DNA of 56,779 nt, the filler included, from Sphacelaria rigidula (Eukaryota): the NCBI GenBank assembly GCA_964200075.2. It is 6 parts of 6 records of this genome, joined end to end, with 100 filler letters (N's around TTAATTAATTAA, not from the genome) between each part and the next. Parts side by side here need not be neighbours in the genome. Positions count along the whole stretch, not along the records: positions 1 to 9,381 come from CAXNAA020008627.1; positions 9,482 to 18,861 come from CAXNAA020008628.1; 4 more parts are not named here. One strand, given 5' to 3'. The position numbers and the translations under genes are program-made. Positions within the stretch are counted from its first letter, which is position 1, and each line of letters begins with the position of its first letter. The notes beneath the pieces are model-generated. The model saw only the letters and a program-made list of their open reading frames with translations. It was not told the DNA's origin and did not search any database. Below, piece by piece: positions 1 to 11,809 of the stretch.

Positions 1-560
1 CCAGAAGAGCTGGGGAGTCCCTCAACAGCATTTTGACGCTGCAGTACTAGCAGACCTGCTAGCGTCACAGGTCCTATAAACACTCGCTGTACGCAGCTCC
101 AGCAAGTCTCCTGTCTGGATCAACCGCGGGCCAGCCGCCTTTGCAGCTACCTCAGCTTGAAGCCTCCTCACGCGTCCGTGAAGCTCTGTGCCCGAAGCTA
201 ATTACAAGCTGTCCAGACGTCTCCCTGCTGAAAATTTCAGCAGTCTCAAACGATAGCTCCTACTAGCACGCCTAGCACTAGCACTAATATCGATATTGTG
301 ACGCTAGCAGGCTGCTAGTACTGTAGCGTCTAAAATGCTGTTGAGGGGCTCCCCAGTTCCACTGGCCTCAAGGTCTCAGTTTTCAGCCTTCACAGCACCT
401 TATCATTACCGGAGTGAACATTTGCAGCCCCGTACCATCAAGCCTGGGCTACACAGCAAGGGTCATCATCCACAGGATGCCCTTGTCCCCTGGTCATCAT
501 CCAGGATTCACTATATACTCAACGTGACGGCGTGATTTCGTCACAGTTCACATAGTGCGG
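1..560. mobile_element. Ty1/Copia internal (IN-RT linker) fragment with a local fold-back inversion
   Basis: 90-545 aligns by eye with 15180-15630 and 14530-14760 inside the Copia element. 10-69 is the near-perfect reverse complement of 297-356. Confidence 0.6.
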
Positions 561-879
561 CGGCGATATGCCAGTTCACTTCTCGCGCACGACGCTTCGA
601 ATTGCGCATATGCTACTGTCCGGGCACAACAGTTTGCCGCAGACGGTGGATGTGCAATACGTTAGCTCGCGAGTCAGCGACCCTTCCGTGACGAATCCCC
701 CCTAAATGTGTGCGGCATGTGCTGGCCATACCGTCAGCGTACCAGTCGAGATAGGCGAGAAGGGTTTGGTCGACCTAGGCGGTTTTCCTCGCTCGAAAGC
801 CGTCGCTGTTCCTGCAGCGTCCAGTATCGAAGGCTATCGCAAGCAGTAATGAATGTTCGACACTTTCTACGATAGCCCC

Positions 880-1095
880 CCCCCAAAAGTGCATGGTTTT
901 GGGAGGCAAAGTCTTCACGTAAATCGAAACAGGAAAAGCCGAGCACAACGAGAAGCTGGGGTTTACCACACTTAGGTTCGTTCTAGCCAATGTGGCCAAT
1001 TTGAGGTGCTTCATGCAGCCTAAACCCGACATCAGGCGCTGTATGACCGTTTTTTCCGTGACACTTTTAGCTGTTTTGGGGGGGGGGCTATCGTT
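880..1095 (+). mobile_element. Fragment of the 3' UTR of the LINE family at 5362-8512
   Basis: Reverse complement of about 5600-5820, e.g. GCCGAGCACAACGAG-AGCTGGG and GCTGTATGACC...TTTTGGGGGGG. Confidence 0.7.
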
Positions 1096-1459
1096 GGTAG
1101 TGTCGTTCTGAAGGATTGCTGTTTGTTGCACGTGGTCAAAATATAGAGTTTTTACCATACATCGAATGTGTTGCACCGCGCGAAGCTACCCCTGAATGGT
1201 TTTCACAACAACCGTCCCACTTTACATTCGGCTATGACTCCTCAGCCAAGCTTGCCACCGGGAAGTCCATAGCTTCGCCCGAGCATGCCCCCATGCTGAC
1301 CCGATCTCCCCAACCGGACGCAGTTGTGGTTTCCCAAAACGCTTTGAAAGTTCCCCCTCCTTTGTCACGGCGAGAGAGGAAGCCCCGTCAACAAGCCCCC
1401 TAGGAAACTCGCGCATCAACACGTACACCTCTCTCGAGCCAAAAACCTCGACCTCATTC

Positions 1460-4400
1460 TCTCCAAAATGGGACGACTTTAAGCTTGACGATTTTATCAG
1501 GCATCGCAGAAGAATCGCAACCAGATATCTTTGACGTTACTGCCTCCTCAATTGACGACCCTACCACCAAACAGCATGGATCCACACTGGATGCTGATCC
1601 CTGTCTTCCCCAAATGGTCATATATGAAATTGCTAATGACCATTCAGGCTGTGCTACGCCTAGGGACCACATATCACCCACCACATCTTCTGTTTCTTGC
1701 AAATGTGGCACTAAATTCCACCCCATTTGCGTGACATGAATTTTGACCTTAATGGTGGGAACCTGCTGTCATCCAAGAATTGAGTGACGTCTTACTGGAG
1801 TACCAAGACCGACTTTCTCGGTTCAAGACGGATCTTGGGCATAGAAAAATGTTGCACTTTGAGATTACACTCCGACCTGGAGTTTCGCCAATCTGTTCTC
1901 GATCGTGCCGCGCAAAACCCAGTCCCCACTAAACACGTCAATGCTATCTTGGACGCAACTTAAGAAGAGGTTTAATCAGCACTCCTCCTCTTCATGGGCT
2001 TCGCCACCCGTGGTCGTTGCCAAAAATGATGGAACATGCGCATCGCCGTGAATTATAAACGGCTGAACCGCGCCACTGTCGTGGGAAAAATCCCGATTTT
2101 CCTCGCAGCGATGAAGTCTTCGAGTCCTTGCGCGAAGAAAAAATATCAAGCACCTTCGACCTAGCTTCTAGATTTTTTCAGAATGCCATCCACCCTGACA
2201 CTGTCCCAGTGGCAGCGTTCTCTTCATCTCCTGGGCTCTACAAATGGCTCCGTATGCCACAAGGCGCGGCCGCTGAGCCAGGTTGCTTCCAATGCTAGAT
2301 GCAACGCGCTACAGACGGTCTCGAGCACGCCATCATGTACTTGGACGATGCTTTTGATGCCTCACCTGTTGTACACGTCTGCACTTGAAGAAAATTTCTT
2401 CCTTGCCTACAGACACACGACATGAAATTGTCTCGATTTAGAGCCCGCCTTGGCACGGCTGAATTGGACTTCCTGGGACATTCGATTTACCCAGCGGGCC
2501 TGAACCCGGATACCGACAATGTCAGGGCAATGGCTGAAATGCCGATCCCCACCACCATTTCTCAGCTTCGCTCACTGTTGAGTGCACACTCCTACTATCG
2601 CAATTTTTTGCCAAATCTGTACAAAAGGATTCTCCTCCTCCCAGACTTACTTTGAACCCATTTTTGGACCGAAGCATAGTAACGAGGGGTTCACCATGTG
2701 TTAGTAAAACAATAGTAAACAAGTCTGGGAGCGACCTGCACAATCATGGCGAGGCGAAATTTATCGACCACATCCGAACGACCAGTGGGGGGCGCTGTCG
2801 CCGGGAGTGATGTCACTGCGAAGTTGGTGTGTGTACCCTGTCCCTAGCCCACAAAAAAACATTCGAAGCAAAAGAAAGCCGCGCTTTTTCTGGCCACCAT
2901 CCATAGAAAACGTAGTTACTGTATCACACTGACACAGGGTGCTCAAGGGAAATTCGGGAATAAATGTACCCTGCCAGACCCAACTATTACACATATGGTC
3001 ATGCTCAAAAGGCGACTGAATCTAGCAACGTAGTGCAACGAGAGACAGAGCTAGAGGCATGAGCTCTGCGTATCTCTCTATTGAGGCGATACAGCATGCA
3101 GTAAGGCCGTATGTAATCGACGGGAACGAGCAAGCTGTGTATAGGTAGCTGATCTCCGTCGCGGAGAACTGCCCAGAACGTGTAAGGGAGTATGCAGCGG
3201 CAGCTGCTGCTGCAGTCGAAGAGGCGTACTGTACTGTATATGCGGCGCAACGCCCATGCCGCTTGCAACGAAGGGCTGTGTGGCAAGGTGACGGGGGCAA
3301 CAATATCATCCAAAGCCACAAGTGGTGGTCGGCGGTCGCCACGTTCTGTTGAAAGTTCTCCACGGCGGCTCATACTACTTGGTACATCTGTGCATTACCT
3401 GATGCGCACCCCACCCGAATTACAGTTTGTACCTGCGCCTGAAAATAGAGTGGTTGCAACTCCGGTCTTCCTAGTAACCTTGTGGTTACATACATGGATT
3501 TGCAGCAACATGAAGTCACTGTCAGCTGTTTCGTACATATAACAGACATGCCATTCCTAACCAGGCTCATGAGTCGTTCTCAAGGCCCAGTCCCGAAAGG
3601 GTCAAGAAAGGTGCCGCGTTAGTCTTCACCACTGACAAGAAAAGTACCGTTCACGATTTGTTGAAGACGCTTACCGAAAATACCGGTTCTCGTTTTCCAG
3701 ACTGGCATGCAGTACTAGGTGGTTTTCGCCTCTTCCAACTGCACACCGACGCCAGCACCGGCGTGTTCGGCGCGGTTCTGAATCAACCACAACTGGATGG
3801 CTCCGTCCGACCCATCCTCCATATTAGCCGCGCCACCCTGCCAAACGAAGCCGACTGGAGTCCCTAGAGTTGGAAGGCGGAGTCATCACTTGGGCCATTA
3901 AGCGCCTTCGACAATATTTTTCCACGTGCCTTTCCAAATTCACACGGATCACGGAGCACTGAAACAACTCGCTAAGGTTGGCGAACATAACCCGAGTGTA
4001 CAACGCTGGTTGGAGTTCCCGAAAGCTAGCCAGTATACCGTTATGCATCGCCCAGGTAAAACCAACGGGAATGCTGATCATCTCTCCCACCTGCCCCTGT
4101 CCCCAGCGGCAGTAGACTTCAGTTCTGCTTGCCGCTTGGTTGAACCCGATAAACACGGCGTCTACCCTGCCCGGCGTTTTTCCACGCCCATTTACACCCT
4201 TGACCTCCATTGCCCAGAAGCTGGTATGCACATATCAGGCCCTCACCCCCCTACCGAACGATGCAGACTAGGGTGAGTTCCAGCCCACAACCACCGATTT
4301 CGTCGATTACCGTACTTTCGGCCCTCGCGCGAATATTTCCGCCCCGCCACCTTCAGTTAGCCATCTCATTTCCGACAACACGCGCTCTTGATCCACCGCC

Positions 4401-5360
4401 CGCGCCAATCCTCCACTCGCCCCGCCACCCCCGATAACGCCTACTGTTCCCACGAGCCACGCAGCGCCGGGTCCACGAAACCGCGCACCACGCCCCTGGT
4501 CAACACCCGCCACGCGCAATGCGCACAACAAGCGTCAATCACCCTCTCCGGCGCGCACTACTTCAACAACGCCGCCCTCCGCGGCACCGTCAGTACCCAC
4601 TCCTCCTCTTGTGGAGTGAACGCCGCGGGCCCTGATCCCGATGGGGATATTGACATTGGCACCCCTACACCGTCGCTTGTCCCACCGCTTCCTGAGCCAT
4701 CACGTTTGGTCGTCTCTCCGGCGGAAGGCCTACTGCGCGAGTTCCTCGTCAGCTACTCCCATCGCGATTGGGCTCGTAAACAACACGCGGAACCATTATG
4801 CCGCGCAACAATACGGTACTTACAGCCTAACTGCTCTGTCCTCATCCCGGCCAACAGTCTGGCCCCGGTTGGTACACTGCCACCACCAAACGTCTCCGAG
4901 GTTTACGAACTCGCGCGTGAAGGTGCCGTTATCACCACTGATGACTGTGTTCAATTGCTTGTCCGTCGCCCCACGCCCCAGCCGGGGGCACCTTCGGCCG
5001 CGGTCACTGGACGTCATGCACGCCTACTCGACGTCGAACCAACCCGCATATATGTTCCTCTTTTGACGCGCCCGTGGGTCATGAAACGCTGCTACACTGA
5101 CTTGTCTTGTCACCCTGGCGTCACGCGCACGTTAGCGCTACCTGAACGTTCCGACTGCTGGATCGGTATGGAAGTATCCACTCGTTTTTGGATCCGGCGA
5201 TGCTTCAAGTGCCAAGCCCGCAAAACTTCACGACAGACAACGCGTTGGCCCGTCATTTCTCAGGAACTTAACAACGCCCCTGGTCACCTGGTGACGTTTG
5301 ACTCTTTCGGTCCTTCACCGACCACTTATCGTGGCGACACCTACATTTTACTCTTCACCG
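1460..5360 (+). pseudogene. Decayed Ty3/Gypsy pol (RT, RNase H, integrase start)
   Basis: RT motifs: SSWASP-VVV-K, VNYKRLN, FDLASRFFQ, MPQG, YLDD at 2338-2349, FLGH. RNase H motifs: LHTDAS-GVFGAVL, F-IHTDH-AL, HRPGK-N-NAD-LS. Integrase zinc region HPGVTRT...CFKCQ followed by VTFDSFGP. Many frameshifts and stops; truncated by the LINE at about 5361. Confidence 0.9.
2657..3601. mobile_element. Non-autonomous piggyBac-like insertion in the Gypsy RT/RNase H linker
   Basis: Removing it rejoins LPDLL-KKGAALVFT. It has CCC...GGG termini flanked by TGAA and TCAA (decayed TTAA) at an ancestral CTTAAG site. TIR similarity beyond the ends is weak. Confidence 0.5.
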
Positions 5361-5361
5361 A

Positions 5362-8300
5362 GATCTTAAGGTCTCAGGTCTGACCAGTAGGCAGATCAGA
5401 TAGATGCTTCCCAGCTCCGGAAAGCGGCAACGCCTCGGTTATGGATAGAGCCTTGGCGAAGACAGGTTGTCTCCCCACCCCACCTTGCTCACTGCTGAGC
5501 CAGGACATTCTTGTGAGACATTTTCTGCGATAGCTCCCCCCCCAAAACCAGCGAGGTCAATGGTCTGATGACTATGGCAGGCATGATTATGAGTACACCC
5601 CCCCAAAACCAGCCTAAAACTGCCACGAAAAAGTGGTCATACAGCACCCGATGTATGGTTTCAGGCTGAATGAAGCGCCTCATACGGGCGACATTGGCGG
5701 AAACGAACCCAGGCGTGGAAATTCCCAGCTGCTCGTTGTGCTCGGCTTCTCTAATTTCGATTTACGTGTAGATTTTGCCTCCCCAGACCAGCTACATTTT
5801 GGTTTGTTTTTTGGGGGGGCGTACGCATTTGTTGCTTGCCTTAGTCGTTCGACCATTGACCACGCATGCCTTTCGAGACGGAGCACCGTTCCTACTCCTA
5901 CTGTAATAGAGACACCTCCAACATTCCGGCGCTCATCACGTTTCTTCCACACATTGCTTGCGCAAAAACCTTGTACATATCTTATCCCCGCCTTGTTTCG
6001 CCGTCTCTGGCCACCATCTATCTCCTAGTATAGCCATCATTTTTTCCCTACTGTCTAATGCATCAAACGATTTCATGCCACCTTCGTTCACGCCCCGTAT
6101 TTCCCCCTCTAGCACGTCCCGTTCCTCCTTTCATAGTTCACATTCTGCCACTAATTTGTTTTTACTTTCTATCGCTTTGCCACAGACACAGTTCTGTGCA
6201 TCTACTTCCTCCTCCACACGACTACTGGTATATCTCTTTCTTCTTCCTGGCAGGTCCAGGTCTCCCACCCGGAATCGCAGTTGCAATGTTTTCGCCGCGT
6301 CCATGGGGTCATGCAAGTATGTTTTCATCTCTATCCCCTCTCTCAGCCCCCCGTATAACTTCAGGTGTTCTTCCTCGTCTACCTTGCGTCTGAGCGCTCC
6401 ATTTCCCCTTATTTTCATAGTGCCTCTTACTTTTGTCTTGTAGCCCGCGTCTTCACCTATTGACAGTATTTCATCTTGGTTTCCTGCTATCTCGTTCCAT
6501 ACTTCGTCGACTTTTTTATCCCACCTAATTCCAGCATGCCCTCACGTACTTTTCTTCCATACAACCCTATCAACTACGGCTGCCAATCTCTTTCTCTAAA
6601 TGTTCTTTACGCTACATTGCCACCTGAATTTCCTCATGTCTCTGTATTAAGTGAATATATTCCCAACTCTGCTCTCAGTGTTTTATTACTCGTCGTTTTC
6701 GAGCGTCCAAGTATCTCCTTAGCCGCCACCATCTGTACTGTTTCTAACTTCTTCACCCATTTCACGTCCCCCTCCCGTACATCTCCTGCATTTTCCAGCT
6801 TTGGTACGATCACGTTCATCAGGATACATTTCTTAATCCTACTGCCTGGATGCGAGTCTCTGAGGACCACGTCCATCCTTCCTGTCTGTGCCTTACCCTA
6901 TTCTATTAATTTTTTGTGGGTGCTTCCCAGGAACAGTGTTTTGAGATTTCTACACCAAGGTATGTATACTCGTCTACGACCGGCAGTTTCTCTTCTCCCC
7001 ACTCCCACTTGAACTTTACCGGATTGTTCTTTTTCTTTGTTCCAGACGAGTACCGCGCATTTGTTTACGTCCGCTGTCACTCTCCATTTCCCAGTGTATT
7101 CTAGCGCTTTTTCTATTTATTTTCGCAATCCTTCTGCTGTTTCTGAAATCCTCACAAAATCATCTGCGAACATCAAACCTTATATCACATCTGTACCCAC
7201 CTTGACTCCCTGAGTTGCTATTTCTACTATCAGGTCATGGATAAATACCTTGAACAAAGTGGGTGATAGCGTATACATCCTTGTGCAGCTCCTCGTAAGA
7301 TATCATAATATTTCGGTATTTCCCCGTCTAGCATCATGGCATTTTTGGCACATTCTGTCATCTTCTTTACCATTCTCCACATCTTTCCTCTGATCCCAGT
7401 TTCCCACAACTGTTTTCACAGCCGATTTGTCCATACTGTGTCGTAAGCCTTTTGCACGTCCAGAAAGAAATAGTACATGGTCAACCCGGCGTCTTTCCCA
7501 CCTTGAATAATCTTACCTAGTGCGTACACATGGTCTACGCAACTACGGTTTGGTCTAAATCCCGCTCGTCCCTCGCTGATTTTGTCGTCCTTTTCTAGCA
7601 TCATTCCTACTCCACCTTTCAATATCTTACAGAATGCTTCTCCTACCGTGCTCAGTAGCGTTATTCCTCTATAATTTCCTGGGACAGCCCTGCCTCTCCC
7701 TTTTTGAAAAAATTGACTACTACTCCTTCTTTCCACCTATTGGGTGTGTACTCGTTTTCCCAGACCTAGTTGTAAAGCATAACCATCATGATAATCATTC
7801 CCTCCCCCCTGTACTTCAGAAAACCATTCACTACCCCGTCTGCTCCTGCTGCTTTTTTGTTCTTGAGTTTAGCTACACGCTCCTCTACGTCGTCTCTGGT
7901 AAACTCTCTCTGCATTTTGTTCGAGCCACTATCTTCCCATTTTGACGTCTCTACGTTTGCTTCTGCTCACTCGTTGATCTGTTTCTCGAACTCCGTGTCA
8001 AACTCCGTGTTGGTTCTTGGTGTTCCTAGTTTACGGTAGTGCTCGACTAGCACGTCTCTCTCCCCCTTCGAACTGCTGGCCATTTTACCGTTCTGTGCCC
8101 GTGGTGTGGCTATCTCGTTGTCTATTATTCTTGACTGGTTTCCCATAACCCCTTTCATCCCTACCTACCGACATATATTTCATTTCGCCATCGAAATCTA
8201 CATTTGTTTTATTCACTACACCTTCCCATACTCCCTTCTTATTCTTCTGTACCATATTTTTTGCTTCTTTTTGAGATTTAGTATACTCCTCCCATCCTAT

Positions 8301-8512
8301 CGTGCTTTTGCTCGACATCCATCTCGCGTGGGCCTCTCGCCTTACTCCGATAGCCTCCTTCACTTCCTCATCCCATCAGCTTACTGCACTGTTGCATTCG
8401 ATCAGTGTCCTCCCTATGACTTTACTCGCTGTCTTTTTGATCAACCGCTCCCATCCTTCTATGATCTTGGCTCCTGCCCGATTTCTTTCCATTTCGGTAT
8501 CAACTGTACCTA
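5362..8512 (-). mobile_element. Non-LTR retrotransposon (LINE): decayed ORF2 RT, C-terminal Cys motif and ~600-bp 3' UTR; 5' end missing
   Basis: PGNYRGITLLS, AGFRPNRSCVDH, FLDVQKAYDTVW, LSPTLF, MFADD (about 7160-7174), LRAELG, CVCG..ES...EC. Confidence 0.9.
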
Positions 8513-8960
8513 CAGTAGTGGGCGGTCTAACTATTCATTTTGTGGAATTTTGTGAATTTTTCGTAATTAATTGGCGGTTTTCTTGGGCTCTTCTCACTTG
8601 CCACTCCTTATCACATCGGGGATCTCAAGATATTTTTATCCGCTCCACATTACAAGAAGAAAAGAGCATCTGTACTCAATATTGTGTGACTTACGGGCTG
8701 ACCGGTCATTGGGGGTCCTGCCACGATTCAGCCCAGATTCTCACTCTCCTGTATTTTCGGTCGATCGAGCCCGTCCCGATCATATTTGTGAAGATATGTA
8801 CAGTTTCATTTTTTTGAAGTTCTGCCTACTCAGTGCACCAGGGCCGAGATTGTTTCACGGTCGATAACACCCTCCTGATGAACGGGGTATTTACTCGTTT
8901 CGCCCGATAATACCAACTGAGACTGACTTGGGCACTGTGTTTCGAAGATGATCTATTTTG
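8513..8960. mobile_element. Partial second copy of the CAGTAGTGGG MITE family
   Basis: TA followed by CAGTAGTGGGCGGTCTAACTATTCA. The body is the reverse complement of about 11190-11621. The other TIR is not seen. Confidence 0.8.
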
Positions 8961-9214
8961 AACACTATATTCGTGAGATTCAGAGGGTAGTTTCAGATTC
9001 AGAGTGAGACCCGAAGCAATCGACTTTCCCGTCGATTTTGACATCGCCACAGTTCGAGGAGTAATACGCCCAGCTGGTGAAGCGGTGGCTTCAATGAAAG
9101 ATGTCACCAACACGATCAATTTGACGCATCACTTGATCGCAACGACGTAGTCAGTCCATTGCAACAAAAGATCCCCTCTTTCAGGAAAAACCGATTAATG
9201 CCTGAAACAGTTTC

Positions 9215-9347
9215 AATTCCGAAATGCCCCCCAGGCGTAAAAATGTTTTGTGCGGTATCTCACCAACCAGACCACCGAATTCCTCGAATGGGGTACTGTA
9301 CGGTAGCTGCATGCACAGGACGTGTGATCAAAAAAAAAAAAAAAAAA
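9215..9347 (+). mobile_element. Probable poly(A)-tailed retroposon 3' end
   Basis: ...GCATGCACAGGACGTGTGATC followed by an 18-nt A run. The 5' boundary is uncertain. Confidence 0.4.
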
Positions 9348-9381
9348 TGCCTGTTAGGAACGCTAGAGCACCCACCCAGCA

Positions 9382-9481
9382 NNNNNNNNNNNNNNNNNNN
9401 NNNNNNNNNNNNNNNNNNNNNNNNNTTAATTAATTAANNNNNNNNNNNNNNNNNNNNNNNNNNNNNNNNNNNNNNNNNNNN
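9382..9481. other. Artificial contig linker (N44-TTAATTAATTAA-N44); the same linker occurs at 18862-18961, 28342-28441, 37822-37921 and 47301-47400
   Basis: An identical 100-bp six-frame-stop spacer is repeated five times. Confidence 0.98.
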
Positions 9482-9840
9482 CCCCCCCCCCCCCGTCCAC
9501 TACTTTCGGTATATATATATACATATATATATATATATGGGTGTGTCGATTCAGACCATTCGGCTTTTTTTTGTGGTTTGCCACAATGTTTAGCTTTGCG
9601 AAAATTCGGTCGAGAAAAAGGTCTCATCATCTGGGTGCTGGCAACGACTTGACGGTTATCAGTCTACCCGAGATTTCGCAGAAATGGGCACGACAACCAG
9701 CAACCTCACCTAGTGCCTGTGTCTATATGCAATCATTAGTCGCTGTTTACATGCAATCAGTCATGACGGGAGATGTAAAGAGGCGTCGTGCCCGTCGATG
9801 CAATGATCGTTCGGAGGACCAGTGCCATACAGTATCCCGT

Positions 9841-10160
9841 TGTGTTTCAAGTCTTTACTTTTTTATCAATACGTGGTAAATTGTGAAAAGATAGATGAGG
9901 GAAACGAGGGAGTGAGGACGGTGTAGAACACCACCCTGTCTCGGCTGCCTACGATCCAAACTGTACCGTCGACGCAGGACCCGCAATCAGATACGCGTAC
10001 AGTCCTCAGATAAGCGTACAGTTCTGAAATACAGGAACTCGGAACAAATCTCCAGTTCTGAACCACAAGGCACCTTCTCTATAACATTCCTAGAATACTC
10101 GAATACCCCGCAATTTCCCCGCTCATGCTTTGTACTTCCGTAGATCAACTATATTGAACA
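9841..10160 (-). repeat. Copia 3' LTR (distal part eroded)
   Basis: Diverged direct repeat of 17497-17773. On the minus strand it begins TGTTCAATATAG, preceded by a short purine run AGGCAGGA. Confidence 0.7.
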
Positions 10161-11084
10161 TCCTGCCTAGCTTCATCTACTAACAAGCCTAAGCATGACC
10201 TTGTTGTTGTCGAATACATTAGATCAGATCAAGCTCCATACTAGCATCGCCTACCTTAAATATTAGGGTCCACCACAACGAAAAGTATTAGAAAACCCGG
10301 TGAAATTTACATCCTGCCTACGGCTGTTTACGTGAGCGGAAATCACGATGCATTTCGAAACTCTTTTCACTAATGGTTTTCGTTAGAATATCTGCATGCT
10401 GATCTTCTGATCGAAGATACCTCACAGAGATGTCACCACTAGCAGCCAGTTCCCTAAAACACTGGTACCGTACATCGAAGTGCCTGCTGTTGGACGAACT
10501 CAACGGGTTTTGATCTAAGTCTATCGCCACCTTATTGTCCCGAAAAACGTCGATGATTTTCGACCCCAAACTGGGCATTCGGAACTTAAGAATCCCCCTC
10601 ACATACAGGGCCTCCTTGACACTGCCTGCCGTTGCCACACACTCTGCCTCAGTGGTAGATAAGCTGGCGTACTTCTGCGTCCTAGAAAACCAAGACACTA
10701 CTAGCGTACCTCCGCAGCAAATAGCTTCACCATGAAAGGAACGTCGGTCCTACGTCTTATGAGCATTGTCTGCATCAACGTAAATTTCCACGTCAAACTC
10801 CAACTGAAAATATCCCAAGTCGCTACTCCTTTTCAGACGTAAACCTAAGTCCGACGTAGCATTCAAACAGTCAGTCGAATACCTGCTGTGCCGCCTTGTA
10901 ATGAACCGGCTTGGGGTCATGGGAAAACCGAGCGATTGCTCGAACTGTATTCGCGATATCGGGCCTCGTCTGGTTCGCTATCCACATCAGGCTCCCCACG
11001 ATCTCACGTAAAGGCACATCCGCCACGGTCTCCTCCTTGCTTGCATGCCTGAGGTCTAAGGAGGGGGTAGCGGGTATGGGGCTG

Positions 11085-11621
11085 CAGTAGTGGGCGGTCT
11101 AACTATTCAGCGGGGTTTGGGGGTTTTCCTCGCGTTCTCCTCTTTGATAGAACTCGAAATCGCTAGCGTCGGTAAATTTTGGTACAATGAATAGATGATC
11201 CTCAGAACACTGTGCTCAAGTCAGTGCTAGTTGGTGTTATCGGGCGAAACGAGGAAAAACCCCGTTCATCAGGAGGGTGTTATTGACCGTGAAACACACT
11301 TTTTCGGCTCTAGTGTAATGAGTAGGCAGATTAACAAAATAAATAAATAGAAATATGATCGGGACAGGCTCGATCGACCGATAATACCGAAGAGTAGGAA
11401 TCTGGGCTGGAACGTCGCAGGACTCCCGATGACCGGTCAGCCCGCAAGTCACTCAATATTGTGTTCAAATGATTTGTTTTTCTTGGAATGTGGAGCGGAT
11501 ACAAATATCTTCAGATCCTCAATGTGATAGGCGGTGGCAAGCGAAAAGAGCCCAAGAAAATCGCCAATTACGAAGAAATCAGAAAATGCCTCAAAATGAA
11601 TAGTTAGACCGCCCACTACTG
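11085..11621. mobile_element. 537-bp Tc1/pogo-type MITE inserted in Copia RT
   Basis: Perfect 25-bp TIRs CAGTAGTGGGCGGTCTAACTATTCA. Flanks are TG and TA (decayed TA TSD). Excision restores FDVSKT-SPIPATP. Confidence 0.9.
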
Positions 11622-11809
11622 TAGTCTTCGAGACGTCAAAACGAGTAAGCACACTCCGAATTAAATGGGTTTGCGAAGTCTTCAAAGTACCTTTCTCCCC
11701 GTCCCTTTTGTACTGACTCCCAATGTACCATTCTGCCTCCTCGAGATGTTTTGTTGGAGATTTCTGTCTAAGTGCACCGACTATCACTTTCACATCCTCA
11801 GTAGCTGCC

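Noticed and set aside
9426-9437. TTAATTAATTAA as a biological motif or piggyBac site
   Set aside because: Artificial linker embedded in N runs.
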